A stretch of 64,000 nt of DNA from an uncultured Gammaproteobacteria bacterium (GCA_964566225.1 CAZMHV010000003.1:91151-155150); one strand, 5' to 3'; positions 16,491 to 26,927 are shown, numbered from the stretch's first letter. Numbers and translations: made by a program. Notes: generated from the sequence alone by a model not told the origin.

Positions 16491-18014
16491 TTATTGTTTG
16501 AAATCTTCACCCAAAATGACTAAAATATCTGTAGATGAAGCAGTGTTTTCTCCAGAAGGACCACTTATGACAGGCAGATGAAGTTCGGTTTTTAATACTT
16601 GCACGGTATCAGAAAGAGGCGTATTTGTCAATATATAGATGCCACTTTTGGATCTGGGGCGTTGGACTGTATTGCCAAGACTGGTTACCGTGAGGTTTCT
16701 TTCTTCGAGTTGGCTTTTTACACGTGCGGCCAAACCTTCTCTCCAAGTACCATTTTTGACTTCGATTTTCATAAATTGTGGCAAAACTGGTGTCGATGTG
16801 GCAAGGGTTTTTTGGGTATGATCTTGAATTTCCTCAGGTTTTGGTAGGGTAGTAGGAGCCACTTGGTTTTTCATGGCAAGAGGAGTCGTTGTTGCGGTAA
16901 AGACATTGTCAATTGCTGTTTGAATTTGATTAAAATTACCAGTTTTTGGTTCCAAAATAAAGGCTCCATCAGCAGAGTATCCTTGTTTTAGAAATCCTGT
17001 AGGACTATCGTCAAGAGTCAGTGAAATAATATTTTCTGTATCAAGTTCACGTCCAAGTTTCATAAAAGCAATAATATCCGAAAATTGTAAGTTGGTAGTA
17101 ATATGTGTTTGAAGTGAATTTAATATTTCATTGATACGCAGTGGGTTAAAGAGTGTCCCAGCAGAAAGGACTTTTTGTTTCATGGCCAAAATAACTTTTT
17201 GTTGTCGTTTACTTCTGGCATAGTCAGATCCTTCACCATTATTTCCATGGCGAGAACGAGTAAATTCAAGTGCTTTTGTTCCATCCATATGTTGGAGTCC
17301 GGTCTTGAAGCTGAGTACTTTGTAACGGTTTGACTCTGGAAGTACATCTTCTTTTCCTGGAATAGGGTATTGATAGTCTGTAAATGCTTTTTCAACAGTA
17401 ATGTCTACTCCACCTACCGCATCTACCAATGCTTCGGCTGCGGTAAAATCAACCAGTATATAATACGGTATATTGATATCAAATGTTTGTTGGATTACAT
17501 TTGTCGCAAGGGCAGGACCAAGTCCTCGTTGTTTTACCTCTCCAACTGAGTTTGCGTTATTGATTTTTCGATATCCAAGTCCTGGAATCTGTACCATGAG
17601 ATCTCTCGGAATAGAGATAAAAGCAACTTTTTTAGTTTTGGTATCAATACTTGCCAAAATAATGGTATCTGTTAAGTAAGGACCATCATGTCCAGGGCCG
17701 CCTTGTCCAAGCAAAAGTACGTTGATGCGGTCTTCGTTTTCTCCTCCTAACACTTGTTTTGGTGGTGAAACTAAATTTTTAATTTTATGAAAAAACCCTT
17801 GGGGTTTTTTGGGTTGAAGCGTAATTGGGTCATAGGCATTTACATCGTCACCTGTTTGGTCGTTAAATATTGCTCGAGTGAGCAGAGCTCCTCCAAAGAA
17901 AAAAAGAAGGCAGATAAGAAGAATAAAAAAAACAGAGCGTTTTTTCGTTGGTTGCGAAGGCTCTGAATACTGTTCTTCTTCTAAATTGTTAGGATTTTCT
18001 GGTTCGTGGAGCAT
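16491..18014 (-). CDS. LytR-CpsA-Psr (LCP) family cell-envelope phosphotransferase with a LytR_C-like C-terminal domain
   Basis: LCP core INVLLLGQGGPG...TDTIILASID...ISIPRDL, with an N-terminal TM anchor. Confidence 0.8.
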   Translation of the reverse strand: MLHEPENPNNLEEEQYSEPSQPTKKRSVFFILLICLLFFFGGALLTRAIFNDQTGDDVNAYDPITLQPKKPQGFFHKIKNLVSPPKQVLGGENEDRINVLLLGQGGPGHDGPYLTDTIILASIDTKTKKVAFISIPRDLMVQIPGLGYRKINNANSVGEVKQRGLGPALATNVIQQTFDINIPYYILVDFTAAEALVDAVGGVDITVEKAFTDYQYPIPGKEDVLPESNRYKVLSFKTGLQHMDGTKALEFTRSRHGNNGEGSDYARSKRQQKVILAMKQKVLSAGTLFNPLRINEILNSLQTHITTNLQFSDIIAFMKLGRELDTENIISLTLDDSPTGFLKQGYSADGAFILEPKTGNFNQIQTAIDNVFTATTTPLAMKNQVAPTTLPKPEEIQDHTQKTLATSTPVLPQFMKIEVKNGTWREGLAARVKSQLEERNLTVTSLGNTVQRPRSKSGIYILTNTPLSDTVQVLKTELHLPVISGPSGENTASSTDILVILGEDFKQ

Positions 18015-18151
18015 AGGTAAGATGCTTGAAAGTAACTGTTAGTATACAAAAAAAAATGAATTTTGGCAATTGCTTATTTGCACACATGTTTTTTTGTTTT
18101 TTTTTCGTAAAAGTGTTATACTCTAAATAAGATTTATTTTTTTCTTTTTTT

Positions 18152-18655
18152 GTGTCAGAAATTATTCAAGAAAATACAATCTTGGGAAATCCACTCCACG
18201 AGTGGACAATTCAAGAATACGAACAGTATGAACGAGGTAACCGTTGGTACATGGTCATGGGCTTTATTGGTGTTGTCACACTTTTGTATGCTTTGATCAG
18301 TGGAAACTTTTTGTTCGCGTTGGTCATTGTTTTATTTGGAATTATTCTTTTTTTGCAATCTCACCAAACTCCACCACAACTTCCGTTTGTTATTACAGAT
18401 CTTGGTATTATTATTGGGAGAAAGTTTCATCCATTTAGTGATCTCAAATCATTTTATATCGTATATCGACCACCAGAGGTAAAAATGTTGTTTTTTCAAT
18501 CCAAGAGTGCTTTGGAACCTATGGTACGTATTCCACTTCTTGATACTGATCCTGTGGAAGTTCGTTTTTCTCTACTTCAATACTTACCCGAAGATTCAGA
18601 AAAAGAAGATGAGCCTATCAGTGATCAGCTCGCAAGAAATTTACGGTTACAATAA
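18152..18655 (+). CDS. Hypothetical membrane protein (2 TM), 167 aa, GTG start
   Basis: A terminator lies immediately downstream. No recognisable domain. Confidence 0.5.
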   Translation: MSEIIQENTILGNPLHEWTIQEYEQYERGNRWYMVMGFIGVVTLLYALISGNFLFALVIVLFGIILFLQSHQTPPQLPFVITDLGIIIGRKFHPFSDLKSFYIVYRPPEVKMLFFQSKSALEPMVRIPLLDTDPVEVRFSLLQYLPEDSEKEDEPISDQLARNLRLQ

Positions 18656-18675
18656 ATCCAAGTATAAAACAAAAA

Positions 18676-18700
18676 ACTCCCTTTTGAGGGAGTTTTTCTT
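18676..18700. terminator. Rho-independent terminator
   Basis: aactccc-ttttga-gggagtt followed by a T-run. Confidence 0.6.
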
Positions 18701-18701
18701 T

Positions 18702-18776
18702 TGGTGCACTCGCTAAGAATCGAACTTAGATTGCCAGTTCCGCAAACTGGCGTCCTATCCATTGAACGACGAGTGC
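18702..18776 (-). tRNA. tRNA, probably tRNA-Arg with anticodon GCG. CCA is encoded.
   Basis: Reverse complement folds as acceptor GCACUCG/CGAGUGC, D-stem GUUC/GGAC (one G-U pair), anticodon stem CCAGU/ACUGG with loop UUGCGGA, T-arm CUAAG-UUCGAUU-CUUAG, and 3' ACCA. The anticodon call was parsed by hand. Confidence 0.6.
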
Positions 18777-18877
18777 CTCTAAAACGAGGTTGAGTATAGC
18801 AAAGAAATTGTAAGAAGTCAAGTCAGTGTTTTGCCCGTATGGTGTTTTGTTTGGATTTTTTTGCTACAATAGGGGAT

Positions 18878-21109
18878 ATGAATCTCTTGACTCCAATTCA
18901 GGACCTCAACAGAGTAGGGAAGGTACTCTCTGGTCGTCTCCACCTCCTCGGCATTGAAACTGTCCAAGATTTGTTGTATTACTTTCCATTCCGCTACGAA
19001 GATTTTAGTAAAACCTTTATTATTGATGAGCTTCAAGAAGGCCAGCAGGTTACGATCAAAGGAACCATTGAAACCATTGCGAGCAAGCGCAGTCCTCGCA
19101 AGCGTATGATCATCACCGAAGCCATTGTGGCGGACGAAAGTGGGCGTTTGCGGGTCACCTGGTTTGGTCAGCCTTTTATTTCCAAGGTTTTGAAAGCAGG
19201 GGATGTGGTGTATTTGTCTGGCAAAATAACGGGCAATGCATTTGGGCTCCAAATGGTTGGACCAAGTTATGAAAAAAGCAAAGAGACAGCACACACTCCC
19301 AAAGATATTTTTGATACGGACGAAACCGAAAATGTTGATGCCCTGACATCTTCTCCAACCACCACACATACGGCACGCATTGTGCCCATTTATCCACTTA
19401 CCGCAGGCATCACCGAAAAACAAATGCGTTTTCTCATGGCGCAAATTATTCCGATGGCTAAAGAAGTACCTGAATGGCTCCCTGACCAGATTCAAAATGC
19501 TGCACAGGTGATTTCACTTGGGCAGGCTTTGCAGCACATTCACTTTCCAGAAAATTTTGACCATGTAAAAGCGGCAGAAAAACGTTTAAAATTTGATGAA
19601 GTGTTTTTGCTGCAGCTGCGCGCCGAAATGATGCGACAAGAAATGAAGCGATCACGTGCACCACAAATTTCATTTCAAGAAAAATTGATCAAACAATTTG
19701 TTGGGTCGCTTCCATTTGAACTGACCAAAGATCAAAAAATTGCTGCCTGGGAAATTTTGCAGGACCTTGAAAAAACTGAACCCATGAATCGGCTGATTGA
19801 AGGAGATGTGGGGTCTGGCAAAACTGTGGTGGCAGCCATGTGTATGTACAACGCAGCATTGTGTGGATTTCAAAGTGTCATTTTGGTGCCCACAGAAGTT
19901 TTGGCATTTCAGCACTTTGAATCTTTGCAGAAAATTTTTGAAAAGTTTGATGTGAAGATTGGTATTTTGACCAGAAGTCGGGCTGAAACAAATGTTCTTC
20001 ATGATTTAAAAAATATTGAAACATCTTCAAAAACAAAAAATAAAAAAGTGTCATTTGCCGAACAAAAAAGAAATGTTCTGCAAAAAATGAAAAGTGGGGA
20101 AGTGCAGATTATGGTAGGAACCCATGCATTGCTTTCGGATGATGTTACATTTCAAAAACTTGGGCTGGTGGTAGTGGATGAACAGCACCGTTTTGGTGTG
20201 GAGCAACGCAAACAGATTCGTGAAAAGTCTGGAAACAAAAAGTTGACACCACACTTTTTGAGTATGACCGCCACGCCCATTCCTCGCACTTTTGCGCTCA
20301 CGCTCTATGGAGACTTGGATTTGTCAATTATTAAAACCAAACCCGCTGGACGCAAACCTATTATGACTCGTGTGGTAGAACCTCACAATCGTCAAAAGGC
20401 ATATGAATTTATTGAAAAGCAGGTGAAAGAGGGTAGACAAGTGTTTGTTATTTGTCCACTCATTGAACAAAAAGAAGAGACCGAAGAAGAAAAAACAAAA
20501 AATAAAAAACCAGAAGCATTTGCTTCTCCAACAGATGAAAAAAAATCAGTCATGGAGGAATATGAAAAATTATCCAAGGTTGTTTTTCCACATTTGAAAG
20601 TAGCTTTTTTGCATGGCAAAATGAAATCCCAAGAAAAAGATCTCGTGATGTCTGCCTTTGCACGAGGGGAAACAGATATTTTGGTTTCAACTTCTGTGGT
20701 GGAAGTAGGTGTGAATATTCCGAATGCAACGGTAATGATGATTGAAGGTGCTGAACGTTTTGGTTTGGCACAGCTGCATCAGTTTCGTGGACGTGTGGGG
20801 CGCAGTGATCACCAATCATATTGTTTTTTGTTTACGGATTCATTTTCAGACGCAGTTGCAGAACGTCTCAAATTTTTTGAAGAAACCCTTGATGGCTTTG
20901 CACTTGCTGAATATGATTTGCAAACTCGTGGACCAGGTGAAGTGTATGGCAAAACGCAAAGTGGTCTCATGAGTATGCGCTTGGCAACCATGCATGACAC
21001 TGATATAATACGCATGGCTCGCGATGTTGCTCGAGATATTGATTTTGCAGCCTTTCCAGTGCTTCGACAAAAAGTTGAAGCCTGGGAAAAACATATTCAC
21101 CTTGAATAA
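18878..21109 (+). CDS. recG: ATP-dependent DNA helicase RecG
   Basis: Wedge/OB N-terminus, helicase motif I GDVGSGKTVVA and motif II VVVDEQHRFGVEQR. Start chosen at MNLLTPIQDL. Confidence 0.85.
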   Translation: MNLLTPIQDLNRVGKVLSGRLHLLGIETVQDLLYYFPFRYEDFSKTFIIDELQEGQQVTIKGTIETIASKRSPRKRMIITEAIVADESGRLRVTWFGQPFISKVLKAGDVVYLSGKITGNAFGLQMVGPSYEKSKETAHTPKDIFDTDETENVDALTSSPTTTHTARIVPIYPLTAGITEKQMRFLMAQIIPMAKEVPEWLPDQIQNAAQVISLGQALQHIHFPENFDHVKAAEKRLKFDEVFLLQLRAEMMRQEMKRSRAPQISFQEKLIKQFVGSLPFELTKDQKIAAWEILQDLEKTEPMNRLIEGDVGSGKTVVAAMCMYNAALCGFQSVILVPTEVLAFQHFESLQKIFEKFDVKIGILTRSRAETNVLHDLKNIETSSKTKNKKVSFAEQKRNVLQKMKSGEVQIMVGTHALLSDDVTFQKLGLVVVDEQHRFGVEQRKQIREKSGNKKLTPHFLSMTATPIPRTFALTLYGDLDLSIIKTKPAGRKPIMTRVVEPHNRQKAYEFIEKQVKEGRQVFVICPLIEQKEETEEEKTKNKKPEAFASPTDEKKSVMEEYEKLSKVVFPHLKVAFLHGKMKSQEKDLVMSAFARGETDILVSTSVVEVGVNIPNATVMMIEGAERFGLAQLHQFRGRVGRSDHQSYCFLFTDSFSDAVAERLKFFEETLDGFALAEYDLQTRGPGEVYGKTQSGLMSMRLATMHDTDIIRMARDVARDIDFAAFPVLRQKVEAWEKHIHLE

Positions 21110-21110
21110 T

Positions 21111-23504
21111 ATGAGAGAAAACATGGAAATGCGGGGAACTCCTGAAAGTAAGGAGAACCATCGTGTGGTGCGCGCGTTCATGGTGCAATCCAAATCCATT
21201 GAACGCCTTAAAGAAGAATATAAACAGATTCAGTTTGAACCCCAACAACAGAATCCGGTGCGAGATATCCGTGATTTGTTTTTGACCAAAGTTGTTTTGG
21301 CTGAAAAAAGTGAAAAGAGTGAAAAAAATCCTGGGCAAGTAATGCCAACAGGTGGTCACGTTGCTTCAAACGAAAAAGATTTGGTGCGTGCCATGCTTCG
21401 AAAAATTTTGGAAGAAACGCATTTGCGGCCAGTGAGTTTGCGTCCAATGGAAACAAATTTGAAATACACCCTTGATACGAGTCAAGGTGGTATTGATATT
21501 GATCAAAAATTTTTTATTGCCAAAATTCTTCCTTCGGATTATGCGTATCCACTTGATCCAGAAGAAGATAAAATTGCTTCTTTTCATGGACTTGATTTGG
21601 GTCAGCTTGGAAATTTGTATGCCACTGGACATATTGAAAATGAAGCTCGGTCATTGTCACTGCTGGGGAGTATGCGTTTGCCTCTTGAAGAAGTTGCAAG
21701 TGACCCCATGGTAAAGCTCAAAGATGAGTATCAAGATGTTCCCATGGAATTGTTTGGTGAGCTCACTGAAAAACTTGGTGCTGAGGAAATAAAAAAACGT
21801 GAGCAGGTACGAAAAATTTTTTTTGAAACATCGAACTTACCAAACGATGAAAAACAATTTTGGAATCGTACATTTCAAGCTGTACAAGATCGATCGTTTT
21901 TTGATTATCAAAATGTGTGGAAAGATTGTTTGCTTGCACTTCAAAAGCATCCTGATTTTGAAAAACATTTTTTTGCAGCAGTTGATGTTTCGAATTTTGA
22001 AGAAGAAATTACAGGAAGTGATTCACAGCATCTGGCAAAAGAAAGTAAAGTGGAGTCTGTCATGCGTTTTATTTATACGCTCCTCAACACGCATTATGAC
22101 TTTGATGAATATTTTGATGTAGCAGAAAAAAATGACGAACTTCGAGATTTTGTACAAAAAATAAAAAAGTTTTTGAATGGAGTATCTTCCGAAGAAGCAG
22201 GCGAAGCCTCTTTGTCCCAGTCACTTTCTGAAAAAGCCAAGTACTTGCAAAATATTGACGAAGATCTTTTGGCAGATGAGTTTTGTTCTACCTTTCATTT
22301 GAATGTTCACGATGTTGGGGTTCGTCTTGCTCGTATCAATAAATTTATTACTGGTGTGGTAGAACAGGGAATTACCCCTCAAGTGGGAATGCTGTATCAT
22401 CAAAATAAAATTTCTCCGTACTCTGAGGTGAGTGGTTCTCAGCTTGGGCAACTTATTAAATATGCTTTTAGTGTCGATGATCCTTCTTGGAGTGAAAATG
22501 CCGAATTTGTTGAGAGTAAAAAATCACAAAAAATGTCAGAGAAACAAAAAAAGTTGAAATCGTTGAATATTAAAAAACGATTGGTTTTTGAAGCTCGTAG
22601 AAATATTGCACTTTTGGTTCTTTTCAAAAAAGTTGATGATTATTATTATGATGTAATGAATCAGGGAATGCAACCCTTTGAAAAAATAAAGCAAGGATAT
22701 GTAACGTTTCCACAAATTGATGTAAATTTAGTATCTGTTCAAGATGAAAATGGACATCTTCAAGACGTTCTTGTTTTTGATGGAGAACAAAAAGAATTGC
22801 CTCAGGGTGTAATTCAACAAACAACACTTCGTTCTTTTAAAAGAGAAAATTCTGGTTCTTTGATACGCAGGCCAAAACCTGGATTTTTGGTTGGGAATGA
22901 AATTCGAACCAAGCAAATGGATTCGGTGTATCGAAAAATAATTGTGCGTGGTTTTGATGACCCGAAAGATATTCAAGATATTTATGGCCGTTCGCTTTTA
23001 ATTGTTCCGGAAATTGATGATTCTGCTTCTGAAAAATATGTGTATACTCGAGAAGAAAGAGTTTTGCAGGTTGATGGTGAGTGGAAATCTGTGAATGATT
23101 TTGCTCCGATCCTTGATATTATTGAGTATTATACCAAGCAACCGGGAATAAAAGTTTTTGACTACAAGCCAACTCCAGAATTTGGACAAAAAACAAAAAG
23201 TAGTGGGGTGGGCGGAGGAGAAATTCGCGTATCAAAATTTTATCTTGAGCATACCGACAGTAACGGGATAAAACGATACGAAGAAGTACAAGTATTTTGT
23301 CCTTCGGAAGATGGCAAAACCGCATTGTATTGGGAAAAGAAAAAGAAAGAAGATGATAAAAGATACTTTTTGGATCGTATGCTTGAAACCAAGGGACTTC
23401 GTTCTTTTTTGGAACTTATGTTTCCGACTACTATATATGGAGAACCCATGTATGCTATGAAAAAAAATCAAAAAGAACGGAAAAGGAAAAAAAGTAAATC
23501 CTAA
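21111..23504 (+). CDS. Large hypothetical protein (~798 aa). The ATG lies 1 nt after the recG stop. The N-terminus is weakly Nudix-box-like; the remainder is unknown.
   Basis: Uninterrupted ORF coupled to recG. GHVASNEKDLVRAMLRKILEE loosely fits GX5EX7REUXEE. The Lys-rich C-terminus carries GVGGGEIRVSKFY. Confidence 0.55.
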   Translation: MRENMEMRGTPESKENHRVVRAFMVQSKSIERLKEEYKQIQFEPQQQNPVRDIRDLFLTKVVLAEKSEKSEKNPGQVMPTGGHVASNEKDLVRAMLRKILEETHLRPVSLRPMETNLKYTLDTSQGGIDIDQKFFIAKILPSDYAYPLDPEEDKIASFHGLDLGQLGNLYATGHIENEARSLSLLGSMRLPLEEVASDPMVKLKDEYQDVPMELFGELTEKLGAEEIKKREQVRKIFFETSNLPNDEKQFWNRTFQAVQDRSFFDYQNVWKDCLLALQKHPDFEKHFFAAVDVSNFEEEITGSDSQHLAKESKVESVMRFIYTLLNTHYDFDEYFDVAEKNDELRDFVQKIKKFLNGVSSEEAGEASLSQSLSEKAKYLQNIDEDLLADEFCSTFHLNVHDVGVRLARINKFITGVVEQGITPQVGMLYHQNKISPYSEVSGSQLGQLIKYAFSVDDPSWSENAEFVESKKSQKMSEKQKKLKSLNIKKRLVFEARRNIALLVLFKKVDDYYYDVMNQGMQPFEKIKQGYVTFPQIDVNLVSVQDENGHLQDVLVFDGEQKELPQGVIQQTTLRSFKRENSGSLIRRPKPGFLVGNEIRTKQMDSVYRKIIVRGFDDPKDIQDIYGRSLLIVPEIDDSASEKYVYTREERVLQVDGEWKSVNDFAPILDIIEYYTKQPGIKVFDYKPTPEFGQKTKSSGVGGGEIRVSKFYLEHTDSNGIKRYEEVQVFCPSEDGKTALYWEKKKKEDDKRYFLDRMLETKGLRSFLELMFPTTIYGEPMYAMKKNQKERKRKKSKS

Positions 23505-23513
23505 ATTTTTTGT

Positions 23514-24941
23514 ATGAAAGCTCTATCCCTCGCACTCACGTATGACGATGTCCTTCTCGTTCCTCGTCGTACCCCTCTCAAATCTCGTAGTGAAGCCAAT
23601 CTCAAAACATTGTTTACCAAAAACATTGCCCTCAGTGTTCCCTTTGTGAGTTCCAACATGGCAACGGTCACAGAGCACAAAATGGCCATTGCCATGGCTC
23701 GTGAAGGTGGACTTGGTGTGATTCATCAGTTTCTCACTATTGAAGAGCAGGTCGTCGAAGTGCGACGGGTGAAAAAGAGTACGAGTTATGTGATTGATCA
23801 TCCCATTGCAGTCACACCACGTCTTACCATTCGAGAAGCCAAAGAAGTGATGGCGCGTGAAGGAGTAACAAGTTTATTGGTGATGAATGGGGAAGATTTA
23901 GTAGGAATTTTTACACTGCGTGATTATTTGTTTGAAAACAACTTAGAAAAACCAGTGCGTGAAGTAATGACTCCCAAAGAACGTTTGGTGACGGCTGAAT
24001 ATGGCATTAGCCTCGAGACTGCCAAAGAAATTTTGCATTTTCACAGGGTTGAAAAGTTGCCTTTGCTGCAAAACGGACTGGTACGAGGACTCGTGACCAC
24101 ACAAGATATTGAAAAATTGGAACGTTGGCCCGATGCTTCGCGAGATAAAAAAGGAAGGTTGATGGTGGGTGCGGCGGTGGGTGTGAAAGATACTCTCGAA
24201 AGAGGAGAGGCCCTCGTCAATGCAGGTGTAGACGTTTTGATTCTCGACGTGGCTCACGCTCATTCAGATTTTGTCATTGAGCGGCTCAAAGAATTAAAAG
24301 CAAATTTTGGTGTGGATGTGATGGTGGGGAATATTGCCACAGGTGAAGCGGCGAGAGACCTGATTGAAGCAGGTGCAGATGGAGTGAAAGTAGGCATTGG
24401 TCCCTCGGCTGTATGCACTACACGTATTATGAGTGGTTCGGGCATGCCACAGCTTACGGCTGTGATGAATGCAGTGGAAGTTGCCAAAACCTACGGCGTG
24501 CCGGTGACTGCCGACGGGGGAATGCGCTACCCAGGTGACGTTGCCAAAGCCATTGCTGCTGGAGCATCAAGTATTTACTCTGGTTCATTTTTTGCTGGTA
24601 CAGATGAAGCTCCAGGAATGATAATTATGAAAAGTGGCAAGCGATACAAAAAATACGCTGGCAGTGCATCGTACGAAAGTAATCATTTGCGCAAAGAACA
24701 TTTGGAAGGCAAAGAAGTAAAAGAAAAGATTGATGTGTTTGTAGAAGGTGTGTCGACGCTTGTTGATTACAAAGGAACGGTCCAAGATGTGGTGAAGGGA
24801 CTCAAAAAAGGTTTGCAGAGTGCAATTTCGTATTGTGGTGCTCGAAACATTGCCGAAATGCAAGAGCATGCTGAGTTTGTGCAAATTACTGGGAGTGGTT
24901 GGGAAGAAAGTAAGGCGCGTGGGATGCTCGTGTCGGAGTAG
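23514..24941 (+). CDS. guaB: IMP dehydrogenase
   Basis: Catalytic loop [20 protein letters not shown] and internal CBS pair. Length 475 aa. Confidence 0.9.
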   Translation: MKALSLALTYDDVLLVPRRTPLKSRSEANLKTLFTKNIALSVPFVSSNMATVTEHKMAIAMAREGGLGVIHQFLTIEEQVVEVRRVKKSTSYVIDHPIAVTPRLTIREAKEVMAREGVTSLLVMNGEDLVGIFTLRDYLFENNLEKPVREVMTPKERLVTAEYGISLETAKEILHFHRVEKLPLLQNGLVRGLVTTQDIEKLERWPDASRDKKGRLMVGAAVGVKDTLERGEALVNAGVDVLILDVAHAHSDFVIERLKELKANFGVDVMVGNIATGEAARDLIEAGADGVKVGIGPSAVCTTRIMSGSGMPQLTAVMNAVEVAKTYGVPVTADGGMRYPGDVAKAIAAGASSIYSGSFFAGTDEAPGMIIMKSGKRYKKYAGSASYESNHLRKEHLEGKEVKEKIDVFVEGVSTLVDYKGTVQDVVKGLKKGLQSAISYCGARNIAEMQEHAEFVQITGSGWEESKARGMLVSE

Positions 24942-24967
24942 AAAAAATCGAGGAGATACATTTTCTT

Positions 24968-25048
24968 TGTAAACAAAAACCGCATCAGGATTCCTCCATT
25001 CTTGCAGAGTGAACAAATTCACTTTACAAGAATGGGCTGATGCGGTTT
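24968..25048. terminator. Long imperfect nested hairpin (~80 nt) at the guaB 3' end and the island-B boundary
   Basis: Outer 13-bp arms aaaaccgcatcag / ctgatgcggtttt. Inner near-perfect inverted repeat cattcttgcagagtgaa / ttcactttacaagaatg. Confidence 0.5.
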
Positions 25049-25129
25049 TTGAATACGCGCATGCCCGGCGTAGCAGCAGCGGGAATCTCCCGCCGCGCCG
25101 TGGGTGGTCGCCTGAGGCGACCGGTTGGC

Positions 25130-25399
25130 TCAGGCGGCCTTCGCGGCGATGGTGAGCGTCGGCTTCTGGGGCTTCGCGTACAGGCGCGTGCCCGCGTTGT
25201 TCGTGATGATCACGTTCAGGTTGTGATCCTTCGCGAACTCGGCCAGGCGAGTCCCCCCGTCGTGCGTGAGGGCCGTGTAGTGGTTGTCCCAGTTCGCCGG
25301 CTTGGGCAGCCCGATCCACTCATAGTCGAACACCAGGGCCGCGAGCTGTCGAGCATCCGGTCCGTTCACAATCACCGGGATCTTGCATGCAATGTTCAT
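25130..25399 (-). CDS. GC-rich small hypothetical protein (90 aa), possibly a gene fragment
   Basis: MNIACKIPVIVNGPDARQLAALVFDYEWIGLPKPANWDNHYTALTHDGGTRLAEF... A minus-strand promoter-like TTGATT-N16-TATACT lies ~60 nt upstream. Confidence 0.4.
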   Translation of the reverse strand: MNIACKIPVIVNGPDARQLAALVFDYEWIGLPKPANWDNHYTALTHDGGTRLAEFAKDHNLNVIITNNAGTRLYAKPQKPTLTIAAKAA

Positions 25400-25518
25400 T
25401 TTGTTCGCAGATCTTTCACTTACTTGGTTGACTTCACACGCATCTTGGATGCGCGCCGCTAGTATACTCTTTTCCCACAAAAAATCAAGGTTATTTGGCT
25501 TATTTATCCACAAAACAA

Positions 25519-25548
25519 AAAACACCCCGTTTAGGGGGTGTTTTTTGA
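25519..25548. terminator. Bidirectional terminator at the radA 3' end
   Basis: aaaaaacacccc-gttta-ggggtgtttttt. Confidence 0.55.
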
Positions 25549-25574
25549 TATATTTTATGCGAATTACGGATTCT

Positions 25575-26927
25575 CTATGTATGTTTAATAAGCTCAGCAA
25601 TATTTTGTACATTCACCACTTTCAACTTGGTGTCTTGTTTCAAGGCCCCTTTTACTGTGGTCAAAACTCGTTTCATCCCCAGTTGTTCACATTCTTTCAC
25701 TCGTTTTTCCAAAAATCTCACTGACCGAATTTCTCCTCCAAGTCCTACTTCACCAAAAACTGCGAGGTCATTGCCGAGGGCCTTGTCTTTGTATGCACTC
25801 GCCACAGCCAAGGCCACGGCCAAGTCCGCACCAGGTTCATCGGCCACAATTCCACCCACCACATTCACATGCACATCGTATTGTGATAAATTCAAATTGG
25901 CTCGCTTTTGCAAAACGGCAATGAGTACATGCAAACGATTCAAATCAAAACCACTGGCTTTTCGTACAGGGTAACCAAACACCGTTTTATTTACGAGTGC
26001 CTGAATTTCAACCAGCAGGGGACGTGAACCCTCAAGTAAGCAAGTAACCACACTCCCTGGCATGCTCTCACCACGTTCAGAGAGCAATCGTTCGGACGGA
26101 TTGATCACCTCGGCCAAGCCTTCACTATTCATTTCAAACATGCCAATTTCATCAGTCGATCCAAAACGATTTTTCACTGCACGCAAAATGCGAATGTCAT
26201 GGTAGCGATCTCCTTCAAGATACAAAACTGTATCGACCAAATGTTCGAGTGTTCTTGGCCCAGCCACAGATCCTTCTTTGGTCACATGTCCAATCAAAAT
26301 AATCGCAGTACCAGAAGATTTAGCCACTTCGAGGAGTTTTACCGCACAGGCACGAACCTGTGACACATTGCCTGCTTCACCTTCAATTTCATCAGAAAAA
26401 ATAGTTTGAATCGAGTCAATAATAGCAAGAGCGGGTTTGTGTTCAATGAGTGTGGCAATAATCGTTTCTACATTAGTTTCATTGGCAAGTTGAAGTGTAG
26501 GTTTTTGTACAGGCATCCGATCAGCACGGAGTTTAATTTGTTCTACCGACTCTTCACCAGAAATATACAAAGTTTTTTCAATGGCAGTGGCAATCTGCAA
26601 ACTCAAAGTTGATTTACCAATTCCTGGTTCACCACCAAGCAAAAGAAAACTCCCTGGCACAATGCCACCCCCGAGTACGCGGTCAAGTTCATGGTTTCCG
26701 GTCAAGATTCTTTTTACATCACCAGGCTGAATATCTGACAAAGAAACTATTTTCGCAGAGGCATGTTTGGCTCCACTGGCAGATGTGCCTGTTGCAACTT
26801 TGGCGTCTTTTTGCACAGCCTCCTGAGGAATGGTGCCCCATTTTCCACATTCCAAACATCGCCCAGCCCATTTTTGGTACTGTGCGCCACAATTGGTGCA
26901 TTCAAATATTTGTTGTATTTTGGCCAT
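25575..26927 (-). CDS. radA: DNA repair protein RadA (Sms)
   Basis: N-terminal zinc finger CTNCGAQYQKWAGRCLECGKWGT, RecA-like Walker A GEPGIGKST, and a Lon-like C-terminal domain. Confidence 0.9.
   Translation of the reverse strand: MAKIQQIFECTNCGAQYQKWAGRCLECGKWGTIPQEAVQKDAKVATGTSASGAKHASAKIVSLSDIQPGDVKRILTGNHELDRVLGGGIVPGSFLLLGGEPGIGKSTLSLQIATAIEKTLYISGEESVEQIKLRADRMPVQKPTLQLANETNVETIIATLIEHKPALAIIDSIQTIFSDEIEGEAGNVSQVRACAVKLLEVAKSSGTAIILIGHVTKEGSVAGPRTLEHLVDTVLYLEGDRYHDIRILRAVKNRFGSTDEIGMFEMNSEGLAEVINPSERLLSERGESMPGSVVTCLLEGSRPLLVEIQALVNKTVFGYPVRKASGFDLNRLHVLIAVLQKRANLNLSQYDVHVNVVGGIVADEPGADLAVALAVASAYKDKALGNDLAVFGEVGLGGEIRSVRFLEKRVKECEQLGMKRVLTTVKGALKQDTKLKVVNVQNIAELIKHT

Noticed and set aside
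24585-25462. Long ORFs on both strands across island B (244 aa minus, 140 aa plus)
   Set aside because: They are Arg/Gly/Pro-rich shadows created by the high G+C. The 244-aa ORF also runs backwards into the end of guaB. Only the 90-aa minus ORF has plausible start signals.
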